Shown here: piece after piece, positions 1-8,281 of the stretch
Layout of the letters: each line of letters starts with the position of its first letter
Numbering within the stretch: position 1 is the first letter of the stretch
Virus record (IMG/VR): IMGVR_UViG_3300035492_000154
Span: 1 to 39,531 of that record
Source of the DNA: a virus
Lineage: Duplodnaviria; Caudoviricetes
Length of the DNA: 39,531 nucleotides
Reading direction: 5' to 3' (one strand)
Notes under the pieces: model-generated
What the model saw: only the letters and a program-made list of their open reading frames with translations
Database searches by the model: none
What the model was told of the DNA's origin: nothing
Made by a program: the position numbers and the translations under genes

Positions 1-126
1 AACACGCGCACCATTTACGAGATTGTTAGGGCTGGCCAAACGAGAGTTTTCAGAGGCTTTGATATGGGGTTCATCCATAGCCAGGCCGAAACAAGTAACT
101 GCTCAATTAAGAGCTTGAAGATCTAA
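1..126 (+). CDS. 3' end of a flanking hypothetical gene (partial; ...NTRTIYEIVRAGQTRVFRGFDMGFIHSQAETSNCSIKSLKI*)
   Basis: Frame 1 is open from base 1 to TAA at 124-126; the stop lies within the target duplication. AT-richer than the prophage; resembles small phage accessory proteins. Confidence 0.55.
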   Translation, partial: NTRTIYEIVRAGQTRVFRGFDMGFIHSQAETSNCSIKSLKI

Positions 127-127
127 G
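122..127 (+). repeat. Left copy of 6-bp target-site duplication TCTAAG
   Basis: Identical to 39406-39411; immediately precedes the terminal TGT. Confidence 0.9.
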
Positions 128-229
128 TGTGCAGGCTTGAGAAAGATAACACCGAGAAAGCGCGATAAATGCGGGATGGTGTGGTCTGGGGTGGGCTATA
201 TCGGGATGGAAGTCTGAAAAACTGTTGCC
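128..229 (+). repeat. Left end (attL) with putative transposase-binding sites
   Basis: GCGCGATAAATGC (160-172) is the exact reverse complement of 39362-39374. GAAAAACTGTTGCC (216-229) is the exact reverse complement of 39379-39392. Confidence 0.85.
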
Positions 230-242
230 ATGGGTGAAATTG

Positions 243-560
243 CTAATCGTGCAGTTTCACCCATGCAATTAAGGACTCAGCCAGGGCTTTCAGCTCTGCA
301 GAATCCTCTCCTTTATAGATAGAGGCGGCGACCTCCAGGCAGCGAAGGCGGAGCTGCTCCGTCTGCAGCTCCGGCTTGGCGGAATCCTCAGCTTTAGGGC
401 TCAGGTATCGATGCACCGCAGACCGTGAAACGGAGAACCCCTGACCTATCAACCAGTCGACGTGGTCATTCAGAGTCCATGCCGGGTACTTTTGATAATT
501 CTCCGACAACTCAGCACGAACATCGGCTGGCAGACTGTTAATGGAGAATTTTCGGGCCAT
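243..560 (-). CDS. DUF3486/Mu gp27-like HTH protein (short paralogue of the small terminase)
   Basis: N-terminus MARKFSINSLPADVR...SRSAVHRY parallels MGRKSSIDRLDPAVR...SRSAIGRY of 15964-16512. RBS AGGAG upstream. Confidence 0.7.
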   Translation of the reverse strand: MARKFSINSLPADVRAELSENYQKYPAWTLNDHVDWLIGQGFSVSRSAVHRYLSPKAEDSAKPELQTEQLRLRCLEVAASIYKGEDSAELKALAESLIAWVKLHD

Positions 561-581
561 CAGTAGGCTCCTGAGCAGTGG

Positions 582-941
582 CTAGTCGCCGAGGTCGAGG
601 GTGTGCTGGTCGCGGTGGGTGTTGCGGCGCTGGTGCTCGCGCAGCGTCGAGTATATCCAGTCCTCAGTGATGCTGTACTTGCGCACCAGCTCGTCGGCGT
701 TCGAGCCGTTGTACTCCTTGATCACATGCAGCTTGAGCCTTGCCATCGCCAGCTCGTCCTTCACAGGGAATGTGAACGTGATGCCGGCCCAGCGGCGATG
801 GAGCTGGAACGCCAGCTCCTCCGCCTCGCTCTTCGCGCGTTCTGCCGATACCCCATTGCGTACCATCGAGCTGGTCACCAGCTCGGCCAGCTCGCTGAGC
901 ATGCCATTGCGGCGACGGATCTGCTGCGCTCTGACCTTCAT
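582..941 (-). CDS. mor: Mor/C-family transcription activator
   Basis: WAGITFTFP motif followed by EYNGSNADELVRKYSITEDWIYSTL HTH, typical of Mu Mor/C; located downstream of gemA. Confidence 0.85.
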   Translation of the reverse strand: MKVRAQQIRRRNGMLSELAELVTSSMVRNGVSAERAKSEAEELAFQLHRRWAGITFTFPVKDELAMARLKLHVIKEYNGSNADELVRKYSITEDWIYSTLREHQRRNTHRDQHTLDLGD

Positions 942-1489
942 GCGTTCCCCCTTGCCGCTGCTATGCGGCGATCGGCTTCCTCACGTGTCTTGATGATCCC
1001 CAGGCGCAGGTCGGCCTCGATGCGGCCGATGGCGTCCTGGACGTCCTGTTGTGGTGTGGTTGCTGCGCGCTTCGGCTTGGCCGGCGCGGCGGCTTGGGCC
1101 AGGGCGGGGTCGCTGGCGATGCCGTAGACCACCGCGCGCAGGTAGTTGTGGTTTTCCAGCGGCAGTGACAGGCGATCGCGGGCGATCAGCATCTGCTCGA
1201 TGCCGGCCGTCCAGATCCTGGGCGGCGCCGGCTTGGTGTCGTTGGTGCGGGCGTCCTTTTGCACGGTGCCGGCGTTGACCAGGTCGAGCAGCTCCTCCAC
1301 CAGCTTGATAGCGCGGGTCATGCGCAGGCCGCGTTTGGCCGGGCTGAACAGGCGCAGGTAGTTGAGCACCGCCCGGCCGAGTTTCGGATCGAGGCCGGCG
1401 AGCATGGCCGCCAGCTTCTTGCCGTCCGCATCTGCGAAGCCGGCCTCGATCGGAAACTGCTCGCCGCAGCAGGGGCATTGCAGCTGCAT
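938..1489 (-). CDS. Conserved Mu-like hypothetical protein with N-terminal CPCC zinc knuckle
   Basis: Start refined to ATG 1489 (MQLQCPCCGEQF), coupled to the gemA stop; LPLENHNYLRAV motif; sits between gemA and mor. Confidence 0.75.
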   Translation of the reverse strand: MQLQCPCCGEQFPIEAGFADADGKKLAAMLAGLDPKLGRAVLNYLRLFSPAKRGLRMTRAIKLVEELLDLVNAGTVQKDARTNDTKPAPPRIWTAGIEQMLIARDRLSLPLENHNYLRAVVYGIASDPALAQAAAPAKPKRAATTPQQDVQDAIGRIEADLRLGIIKTREEADRRIAAARGNA

Positions 1490-2055
1490 CAGTCGCCCTC
1501 CTGCGCGTTGACCGCCGCATTCAGGGCATCCACCAGAGCCTTGAGGACTGGACGCTGCCTGCGCCACCCCTCGGGCAGTTCTTCCAAACCCTCCAGGCGT
1601 TCTGGAGTGTCCACCCCGAGGCGCTTGCACAGGGCTTCCACCTGCTGGAGAAGCTGGCGCTTCTCCTGCTCGACGTGCAGAGCGGCGATCAGGGCGTCGA
1701 GCTGCTCGGCCTTTTTCAGCCAGGCCACCCGCTGAACCTTGAACATCTGCAGCGCCATGGCGTCGGCATAGGCCCAAGGCAGGCGCATATCGGTGAGCTG
1801 GGCCTCGATCTTGTCGATGCGCGGCCCGAGCTGCTTGGCGTTGTGCGGTTTGCCCGCTGCCTTGCTGCTGGGCTTCGGTTTGAAGCCCAGGCGCTCCAGC
1901 TCGACCATCAGCCGCCCGGCCTGGCGCGAGTTGAGGTCTTTCGAGGACTCGACGCCGGCCACGCGGCGCAGCAGTGCGCGGTAGCTTTCGTCATCCATGC
2001 GCAGCTGCTGCTTGGCGATGTGGATCTTGCTGAGTACGCCTTTCGAGATCGACAT
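1489..2055 (-). CDS. gemA: GemA / Mu gp16 family protein (DUF1018)
   Basis: KIHIAKQQLRMDDESYRALL...SSKDL...LERLGFK signature. Confidence 0.88.
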   Translation of the reverse strand: MSISKGVLSKIHIAKQQLRMDDESYRALLRRVAGVESSKDLNSRQAGRLMVELERLGFKPKPSSKAAGKPHNAKQLGPRIDKIEAQLTDMRLPWAYADAMALQMFKVQRVAWLKKAEQLDALIAALHVEQEKRQLLQQVEALCKRLGVDTPERLEGLEELPEGWRRQRPVLKALVDALNAAVNAQEGD

Positions 2056-2268
2056 CTATTTACCCTCTTGGCCGATCTGTAAGAAGGTGCTGCCGCGCTG
2101 GTCGAGCAGCTCGATGGCCTTAACCTCGACCTTGGCCGACTCGATCATCACCGAAGCCACCTGGGCCACAGCTTTGGCACGCTCGATCTCCAGCGGCTTG
2201 TCCGTATCCAGCAGCCCCTCGATGGTTGCGAACAGGTGGTTACGCAGATCCTCAATTTTGTTCTTCAT
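2056..2268 (-). CDS. Small conserved phage protein accompanying the HNH gene
   Basis: MKNKIEDLRNHLFATIEGL...EIERAKAVAQVA; overlaps the HNH stop. Confidence 0.75.
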   Translation of the reverse strand: MKNKIEDLRNHLFATIEGLLDTDKPLEIERAKAVAQVASVMIESAKVEVKAIELLDQRGSTFLQIGQEGK

Positions 2269-2977
2269 CTTGCTCAACCTCTCTGATGGTGCGTTTGAGC
2301 TTGGCTACCGTGCGGATTGCGTCTCTCAGCTCCGGCGGGTAGCGATGGATGGTGTTCTTTTGCATGTGCTCCGCACGGGTGCGCAGCTCCAGGTTGGCCA
2401 GGGCAATGTGCTGCTTGTTGCCGTCCTTGAAGCAGAGGATCAGCCCCTTGGGTACCGGGCCGTTGTGCTGCTCCCACAACATCACATGAACCTGTTTCCA
2501 GTCGCTGCGATGACGGGTATCGGTGACCTTTCGCCATAGGTAGCCATCGCGGGTCTGCTCGGTGCCTACCGGTACCCAGTTGTGCGGCATGTTCCCCTTG
2601 CCGAACTGGGTGTCGACGCCGCCGAGGCTCAGGCCTTTCATGCCCTTGTTCCAGGTGGTGTGGCCTTTCTGGAATCGCGATGACTGTCCTTGCATTCCAT
2701 TGAGTCGCTGCCCGTGCTCGGCCAGGAAGGCTTCGGACTTGTGCAGCCCCATCTTGTTGGCCTTCGCGAGCACCTTGGATACCGAGCGCCCGAGTTCGTC
2801 GGCGAGTACCTCGGTCAGCTCATCTGCGTAACGGTCGCGCAGCAGCTGCTCCTCCTCGGCCGACCAGAACTGCTTCCTCTGGCGGCCTTCGAGGCTATCC
2901 ATACGCTGATGAACAGCCGCAACCATCACTCTCAGGTCGCGCAGGGCTTTGGCTGCATTGCTGGTGCTGGCCATCAC
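2252..2977 (-). CDS. HNH endonuclease-family protein
   Basis: RFQKGHTTWNKG...FGKGNMPHN...HVMLWEQHNGPVPKG...FKDGNKQHIALANLEL, an HNH_3-type motif; N-terminal WSAEEEQLL helix-turn segment. Confidence 0.8.
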   Translation of the reverse strand: MMASTSNAAKALRDLRVMVAAVHQRMDSLEGRQRKQFWSAEEEQLLRDRYADELTEVLADELGRSVSKVLAKANKMGLHKSEAFLAEHGQRLNGMQGQSSRFQKGHTTWNKGMKGLSLGGVDTQFGKGNMPHNWVPVGTEQTRDGYLWRKVTDTRHRSDWKQVHVMLWEQHNGPVPKGLILCFKDGNKQHIALANLELRTRAEHMQKNTIHRYPPELRDAIRTVAKLKRTIREVEQDEEQN

Positions 2978-3183
2978 TGCGCGCTCTGCAGATCCTGCAG
3001 CCCTTCGAGTACTCGACGAGTGGCGTCCAGGTCGTCAGCCAGGACGGCGACCAGAATCAGATCGCGCCCGCTGTCGAGCCCCAGGCTGATCAGTTCGAAG
3101 TGGTTGGATTGGCTTGCCTCTGCCGCCTGGATGACGTTCAGGAGCGTGGTGGTTTCGGTGTCCTTGCCGTGAAGAAGTGCCAT
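2974..3183 (-). CDS. Hypothetical protein (69 aa)
   Basis: ATG 3183 with GGAGG RBS directly after the ASCH stop; stop overlaps the HNH start. Confidence 0.65.
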   Translation of the reverse strand: MALLHGKDTETTTLLNVIQAAEASQSNHFELISLGLDSGRDLILVAVLADDLDATRRVLEGLQDLQSAQ

Positions 3184-3184
3184 C

Positions 3185-3559
3185 TCAGACCTCCCACTCA
3201 ATAAGGTGGCCAGCGAAGGCCTGGCCATGGGTTGTGGCGAAGTACTCGAAGAAGTCACCAGCGCTGGCGAAGCCGTCAGCCTGGGCCAGGTGATTGACCT
3301 CTTCAGCGTCCAGCTCGCCCATGACGTCGCCGGTCTGGACGCGAACGCGCCGGGCGGCCAGATCCATGGCGATTGGATAAACCGCCGTGCAGGGTGCGGT
3401 GCGCAGGAGGCGGCAGTTGCGGGTGCGCATGCCGGTGTACAGCTGCAGTTGCTCGCCACGGCGTGGCGGTCGGCGCTTGCCGCATGCGCGGATGGTTTGG
3501 CGCTTGGTTCCGTCCTCTACCGAGGGCGCGAACCGGGCCATGAAGTTGTAGGCGACCAT
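3185..3559 (-). CDS. ASCH/PUA-like domain protein
   Basis: F...V.DGTKRQTIR...GEQLQLYTGMRT and AQADGF...FF motifs. Confidence 0.75.
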   Translation of the reverse strand: MVAYNFMARFAPSVEDGTKRQTIRACGKRRPPRRGEQLQLYTGMRTRNCRLLRTAPCTAVYPIAMDLAARRVRVQTGDVMGELDAEEVNHLAQADGFASAGDFFEYFATTHGQAFAGHLIEWEV

Positions 3560-3560
3560 C

Positions 3561-4175
3561 TCACACCCCCGCCAGGCTCAGGTTGATGGGCTCGTAGCGG
3601 TCATCGCCGGTGCGCTGGTAGACGCGGATGTAGACGGCCTTGCCGTTGACCTGCAGGGCGTCCTTGAGGGCGACCATGGCGGTTTTCCATTCGGGGTCGT
3701 CGATCTCCAGGCGCAGTAGGCCGAGCACATCGTTGGTACGGATCTGGCCGTTGCGACCGATGAAGGCACGGTCGACCAGAGCCATCAGGTGATGGTTGGC
3801 GCCTACGCTCCACTTGCGGGTGCAGGTGTAGATCAGTTCCTTGGCGGCGAGGATCTCTTCGGTGAAGGTCAAGCGATCAGCCAGGGCCTTCTCGATCTTG
3901 AACTCGCCGTCATAGGTGGTGATGGAGACGTTGCCCTTCTTGCCGCCCAGCTTGACGTTGTAGCGCTCCAGGGAGATGGCGATCAGGTCGTCGATATCGG
4001 ACAGGGCCTTGACCTTGAATGCCGCCAGGGCTTCGCTGATGGCCACGGCCTGGTTGGCCAGCTCGCGGGCAACGCCGTCGCGCAGCTTGTCGTGCTCGCG
4101 CACCTGGGCCATGGGTACGTAATGGCCGAGCGCATTGCGCATGCAGCCTTCGGGAACTTGGATTTGCTCAGTCAT
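3561..4175 (-). CDS. DUF3164 family Mu-like protein
   Basis: GGKKGNVSITTYDG...LGLLRLEIDDPEWKTAM...YIRVYQR signature; start refined to ATG 4175. Confidence 0.85.
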   Translation of the reverse strand: MTEQIQVPEGCMRNALGHYVPMAQVREHDKLRDGVARELANQAVAISEALAAFKVKALSDIDDLIAISLERYNVKLGGKKGNVSITTYDGEFKIEKALADRLTFTEEILAAKELIYTCTRKWSVGANHHLMALVDRAFIGRNGQIRTNDVLGLLRLEIDDPEWKTAMVALKDALQVNGKAVYIRVYQRTGDDRYEPINLSLAGV

Positions 4176-4365
4176 CGGATTGCTCCTCGCCATCAGGGTT
4201 TACCTCGCTCATCTCATCCAGGGAGATGAAGCCATTGAGGGCCAGGCCGCAGTGCAGACAGGTGACGACCACGTCGATGAGGTTGTCGTCATGGGCCGCA
4301 GTGCGTGCCTCGATCTCGGGATACGGCGTGTCGCAACGCCGGCAGTGAATGTCGAGTTCAGCCAT
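4168..4365 (-). CDS. Small acidic zinc-finger protein (CxxC...CxxC, 65 aa)
   Basis: MAELDIHCRRC...TCLHC; GAGGA RBS; overlaps both neighbours. Confidence 0.65.
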   Translation of the reverse strand: MAELDIHCRRCDTPYPEIEARTAAHDDNLIDVVVTCLHCGLALNGFISLDEMSEVNPDGEEQSDD

Positions 4366-4540
4366 GGGTTTCTTCCTCGGCTTGTTGGGCAGTGGTTTCG
4401 AGTTCGGCCTGTACTGCCTCGCGGAAGCGGCAGATCTCGTCGTTGAGCTTGTGGCCACCGATGGTCGGATAGGCCGAGGCGTAGCCGGCGCTGCGTTTGA
4501 GCAGCTCCAGGGCTTCGCGCAGGCGTGCTTCGAGGTTCAT
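4358..4540 (-). CDS. Hypothetical protein (60 aa)
   Basis: Start overlaps the upstream stop (TGATG); phage-like codon usage. Confidence 0.6.
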   Translation of the reverse strand: MNLEARLREALELLKRSAGYASAYPTIGGHKLNDEICRFREAVQAELETTAQQAEEETHG

Positions 4541-4983
4541 CAGTGCACGCTCCCGCTGGCGCCGGCCGGCTTGCAGTTCTTGACGTAGTTCGTGGTGAAC
4601 TGCTCGACCTTGCGCTGTACCAAGTCGCGGTCACCGGCCAGCTGCGCCTCGCACATGACGCCCATCTCGTTGACGAGCACTCGACAGGACGCCTGCAGGT
4701 TGTCGAACTGCAGCCATAGCTCGTTGTAGCGCTGGCTTTCCTTGACCAGGCACTGCTCCATCTCTTTCAGCTCCGCCCGCATTGCGTCGAGGAAGCTCTC
4801 GAAGCCATTGAGGAACAACAGCGTGCCGTCGTCGTCGATCTGGAAGGTGGTGCTGTGCAGCGGAATGCGGACGCCGGCAATGCTGGCGAACAGCTCGACC
4901 GCCTCCGGTTCGCTGTTGAGGTCGCGAGCGAGGGTGCCAAGCCGCACGGCCAGCATCTTTGCTGTGATCGGAAAGGCGCTCAT
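4540..4983 (-). CDS. Hypothetical protein with C-terminal coiled coil
   Basis: Start refined to ATG 4983 (AAGGAG RBS, ATGA overlap). Confidence 0.65.
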   Translation of the reverse strand: MSAFPITAKMLAVRLGTLARDLNSEPEAVELFASIAGVRIPLHSTTFQIDDDGTLLFLNGFESFLDAMRAELKEMEQCLVKESQRYNELWLQFDNLQASCRVLVNEMGVMCEAQLAGDRDLVQRKVEQFTTNYVKNCKPAGASGSVH

Positions 4984-5330
4984 GACCGCTGCTCCTTCAC
5001 TGGCGTGTACCAGCAAACCAAGCAGCCGCCGAGGCGGACGCTGTTGGTGGTGCGATCGCCTTTGGTGCTCCAGGAAGCGCCGCGCCATTCCTTGCTGAAT
5101 GCTGCGGCGAACTGGTCTGAGTCCTCGGTGTTGATGAGGATTTGCAGCTCAAGCGGCGACGTGCTGTCGACACGAACGCCCGCCGCGCGTAGGCGGCGGG
5201 ACATGGCGTTGATGGTTTCCAGCTTCGTGGCCAGCTCTGGCGTGAGGACGGTGCACAGCGGCATAGCGTGCTGGCGAGCCATGCCAGTAGATGCCTGGGC
5301 GCTGAGTTGGATGACTTTGGCTGTGGCCAT
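4980..5330 (-). CDS. Hypothetical early protein
   Basis: Directly follows the AAA ATPase in the operon. Confidence 0.65.
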   Translation of the reverse strand: MATAKVIQLSAQASTGMARQHAMPLCTVLTPELATKLETINAMSRRLRAAGVRVDSTSPLELQILINTEDSDQFAAAFSKEWRGASWSTKGDRTTNSVRLGGCLVCWYTPVKEQRS

Positions 5331-5333
5331 GGC

Positions 5334-6509
5334 TCACACCCCCTGCACGATTTGCGCGTTGATCACCGGCTCGCAGTTGAGGGCGGCGAGGTTCAGGGCG
5401 GCGACCATCAGGTTGCCGACCGCGAGCGGGTAAAGCAGGCTGCGATCGCCACGGCCAGCCGTGGTCAGGCGCTCGGCGATGGCCTGGATGCCGGTGTTGT
5501 CGATGACCTTTTCAAGCTGCACGCCAGCGCGCTCCAGGCGGAACTTCAGGAACTCGCCGAGCTGTTCGGGGCGGATGGGGGCCAGCTCGACCACCTCGAT
5601 ACGCTGCACCACCTCGCGCACCTCGGGGTTGCGCTCGGAGAGCTTGACCATCAGCTCGGTCTGGCCGATGAGGATGATGCTGACTAGCTTGGTGAAGCCT
5701 GACTCCAGCTCGCGCAGGCGCTTGAGGTGCTTGAGCGTCGAGAGCGGCATGCTGTGGGCTTCTTCGATGATCAGTACATGCCGGAAGCCGCTCTCGTGGC
5801 TGTTCTTCAGCGCCCGGTGCATCTGGCGGAAGCGCGCCTCGGGGTTGGACTTGGGGCGCTCCAAGGGCGCGACCACGTCGACGATGGCGTCGGCGATGTG
5901 GGCGGTGCGCAGCGCCTTGCCTTTCTCGCCTTTGTCCTCCATGGCCAGCACGTAGGGCTCGATGACCAGTACCGGCGCGCCCTCGGCGTTGAGGCGATTG
6001 ATCAGGTCGCGGCGCAGGGTCGATTTGCCAGCGCCGGACTCACCCACTACAGCGAGGAAGCCATCGTGCCGGGCGACCTGGTACATGGTTTCGCGGATGT
6101 AGCGGATGTCCGGGCTGGCGTACATGTCGGCCTGGGACTGCAGGTCATCGAAGGGGTCGCGGAAAATGGAAAAGGCCCGCTTGGTTTCTGGCAGCAGCAC
6201 CTGTTTGCGCAGTAGCATGGGTTCGCACTCCTGGTCATCTTTGGCTTTTTTGGTTGGGATTGCAGGAGCCGGAGCGTTGGCGCGCTCCGGTTCCGCCTCT
6301 TCGAAAGCGGTGTTCACCGCTTCATCATTCGCGCCGTGCTCCTTGAGGAACTGCTCGATACCGGCGCGGAATTCCGCTTCGGGAATGGTTTTTGGCCACT
6401 GCCGATGGTTGATCAGCAGCGACACGGTCGCGGAGCTGACATTCAGGTGTTTGGCGAGCTGGATTTGCTTCTGCTCGATGCCCACCAGGGCGTGCTTCAG
6501 GTTCAGCAT
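5334..6509 (-). CDS. Transposition AAA+ ATPase (MuB functional analogue, ExeA-like) with N-terminal HTH
   Basis: Walker A GESGAGKS, Walker B LIIEEAH, ILIGQTEL; N-terminal HTH; adjacent to the transposase. Confidence 0.9.
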   Translation of the reverse strand: MLNLKHALVGIEQKQIQLAKHLNVSSATVSLLINHRQWPKTIPEAEFRAGIEQFLKEHGANDEAVNTAFEEAEPERANAPAPAIPTKKAKDDQECEPMLLRKQVLLPETKRAFSIFRDPFDDLQSQADMYASPDIRYIRETMYQVARHDGFLAVVGESGAGKSTLRRDLINRLNAEGAPVLVIEPYVLAMEDKGEKGKALRTAHIADAIVDVVAPLERPKSNPEARFRQMHRALKNSHESGFRHVLIIEEAHSMPLSTLKHLKRLRELESGFTKLVSIILIGQTELMVKLSERNPEVREVVQRIEVVELAPIRPEQLGEFLKFRLERAGVQLEKVIDNTGIQAIAERLTTAGRGDRSLLYPLAVGNLMVAALNLAALNCEPVINAQIVQGV

Positions 6510-8278
6510 GTTTCACCTCCAACCACGCGCAGGCCGGGGCGCGCGGGCTTGTTGAGGGTGGCGGCGATGGTGTCCAGGTCGGCCTCGGGCACGCCGTCGG
6601 GGTAATTGGCTTTCAGCCAGGTCAGGGATTCCGCCGACCAGTTGTTCACCTTGGTGCGCAGCGCCTTGGCGGCGGCAACATGGTTCAGCGGCGGGATTTC
6701 GATGGTGGGTATGACCAGGTCGTGCTGGGTGCCACGACGCGGCAGGAAGGTCGGCAGATCGGCCTCGGTCATCTCCTTGAACGGCTGCAGCTTGCCGCCG
6801 AACGGGATGGCCTTGGCCTTGCGCGCCGCGTCCACTTCTTCCTGGGTGGTGGCGTCCATGGCCAGCTTCTCGGCCTCCTTGCGCGCCACCTGGGCCGGGG
6901 TGTCGGCCTTGCGGGCGAAGCTCTCGCCGATAGTGGCGGCCGAGACGTCGAAGCCCAGCTCGTTGCGCTCGATGGCGGGCACCAGGTAGTACACCTCGCG
7001 GCCGTCCGCATCGAAGGTCACCACCTGGGCAGAGTCGTTGCGCCAAGGGTTGCGGGTGATCATCAGGCGATCGCCGACCATCACGCCCGGCACCTGCTCG
7101 ACGTTGTACTCGCGGCCCTGGAAGCTGACGCGCAGCTTGCTGTTGACCTTGCGCTGCTCCGGCTCGGATACGGCCAGGCGGCGGCATTCGTCCACGCTGG
7201 GCACCTTGATCAGCTGGTGCTCGCGAATGGTCATCCACACCGCCGAGCGGGTCTTGCGGTGGCGGGAGTGGATGGCCTTGGCGTTGTAGTAGCCGCGCCA
7301 GATGGCGGCCAGCTGGTTGAGTTCGTCCAGGTCCTTGACCGGCTTGAAGCGCAGCCCGGCCTCGAACTTGCGCTCGATGATGTTCCGCGCGTTCTCCACC
7401 TGGCCGGTGACGCGGGCGGCGCCCGGCGCGTGGACGATGGTCTCGATGCCCAGCGAGCGGCACAGGTTCCTGGCCATGGCCGAGGTGTTAGCCGAGCCGG
7501 GGTCCATCATCAGGATGCTGGGGCGGCCGTGCAGGATGTCGGCGCCACCGCGCTCCTGCATGGCGTTGATCAGCACGCTGCAGAGGTTTTCGCCGGACTC
7601 GGCGCCCATGACGTATTCGAGGTAGATCCAGCCGCTGGCATGGTCGGTGAGTTCATACGACCAGACGCGGTCGGCGGCAATGCGCGCCAGGTTCTTCGGC
7701 TTGTTCTTGTAGAACTCGCCGTGATCCATCACCCGCAGGCCGTTCTCCTCGGGCTTGTCGCTGGGCTTGAGGTAGTAGAGGACGCACAGCGAGGCGTCGA
7801 TCTGCCAGACGTGGTTGGGGTGCAGGCTCTGCAGCTCGGTGACGGGCGCCGGGGCCAGCAGCTGGTCAGGGTGCAGCTTGTAGCTGCGCAGCGCCCGGTT
7901 GATGGCGCTGATCGACAGCGGCCGGATCTCGCCGCTTTTCTCGTCGATAAACTCGGCCTTGATCATGCCGCTGATGCGCAGTGCGTCGACGGCGTCGCCG
8001 ACCGAGTAGAGGCGCTTCTCGTTGCGGCGGGCTGACTCGATCAGCGTGGTGCTGATCAGCAAAGCCTCTTCGCGGCTGAGGGCGCTTTGGCCGGCATCCT
8101 TACGGCGCTTACGGGGAGTGGCGGCCACTTTGACCTCCTCCAGTTTGCGGTAAATGGTGGCCTGGCTCAGGCCGAGTTCTTGCGCCGCTGCTTGGCACAG
8201 CGCCGTGCGCTGGCCATGGCCCGCGCGCTCCAGGGCGCGGGACAGGTCAACCAGGCGTTGGGTAATGACGGCGCTCAT
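6503..8278 (-). CDS. DDE transposase (MuA analogue, B3/BcepMu type)
   Basis: N-terminal HTH; WQIDAS (D), MMDPGSAN (D), GQVENAR (E) catalytic triad. Confidence 0.92.
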   Translation of the reverse strand: MSAVITQRLVDLSRALERAGHGQRTALCQAAAQELGLSQATIYRKLEEVKVAATPRKRRKDAGQSALSREEALLISTTLIESARRNEKRLYSVGDAVDALRISGMIKAEFIDEKSGEIRPLSISAINRALRSYKLHPDQLLAPAPVTELQSLHPNHVWQIDASLCVLYYLKPSDKPEENGLRVMDHGEFYKNKPKNLARIAADRVWSYELTDHASGWIYLEYVMGAESGENLCSVLINAMQERGGADILHGRPSILMMDPGSANTSAMARNLCRSLGIETIVHAPGAARVTGQVENARNIIERKFEAGLRFKPVKDLDELNQLAAIWRGYYNAKAIHSRHRKTRSAVWMTIREHQLIKVPSVDECRRLAVSEPEQRKVNSKLRVSFQGREYNVEQVPGVMVGDRLMITRNPWRNDSAQVVTFDADGREVYYLVPAIERNELGFDVSAATIGESFARKADTPAQVARKEAEKLAMDATTQEEVDAARKAKAIPFGGKLQPFKEMTEADLPTFLPRRGTQHDLVIPTIEIPPLNHVAAAKALRTKVNNWSAESLTWLKANYPDGVPEADLDTIAATLNKPARPGLRVVGGETC

Positions 8279-8281
8279 GGG

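Noticed and set aside
121-127. 7-bp direct repeat ATCTAAG as the target duplication
   Set aside because: The extra A on the right (39405) is the terminal A of the conserved CA end; a 6-bp duplication keeps symmetric TGT/ACA termini.
6680-8035. 451-aa plus-strand ORF opposite the transposase, and similar shadow ORFs throughout the window
   Set aside because: Same codon-bias artefact; the V/L/D/H/G-rich composition is typical of reverse-frame translation.
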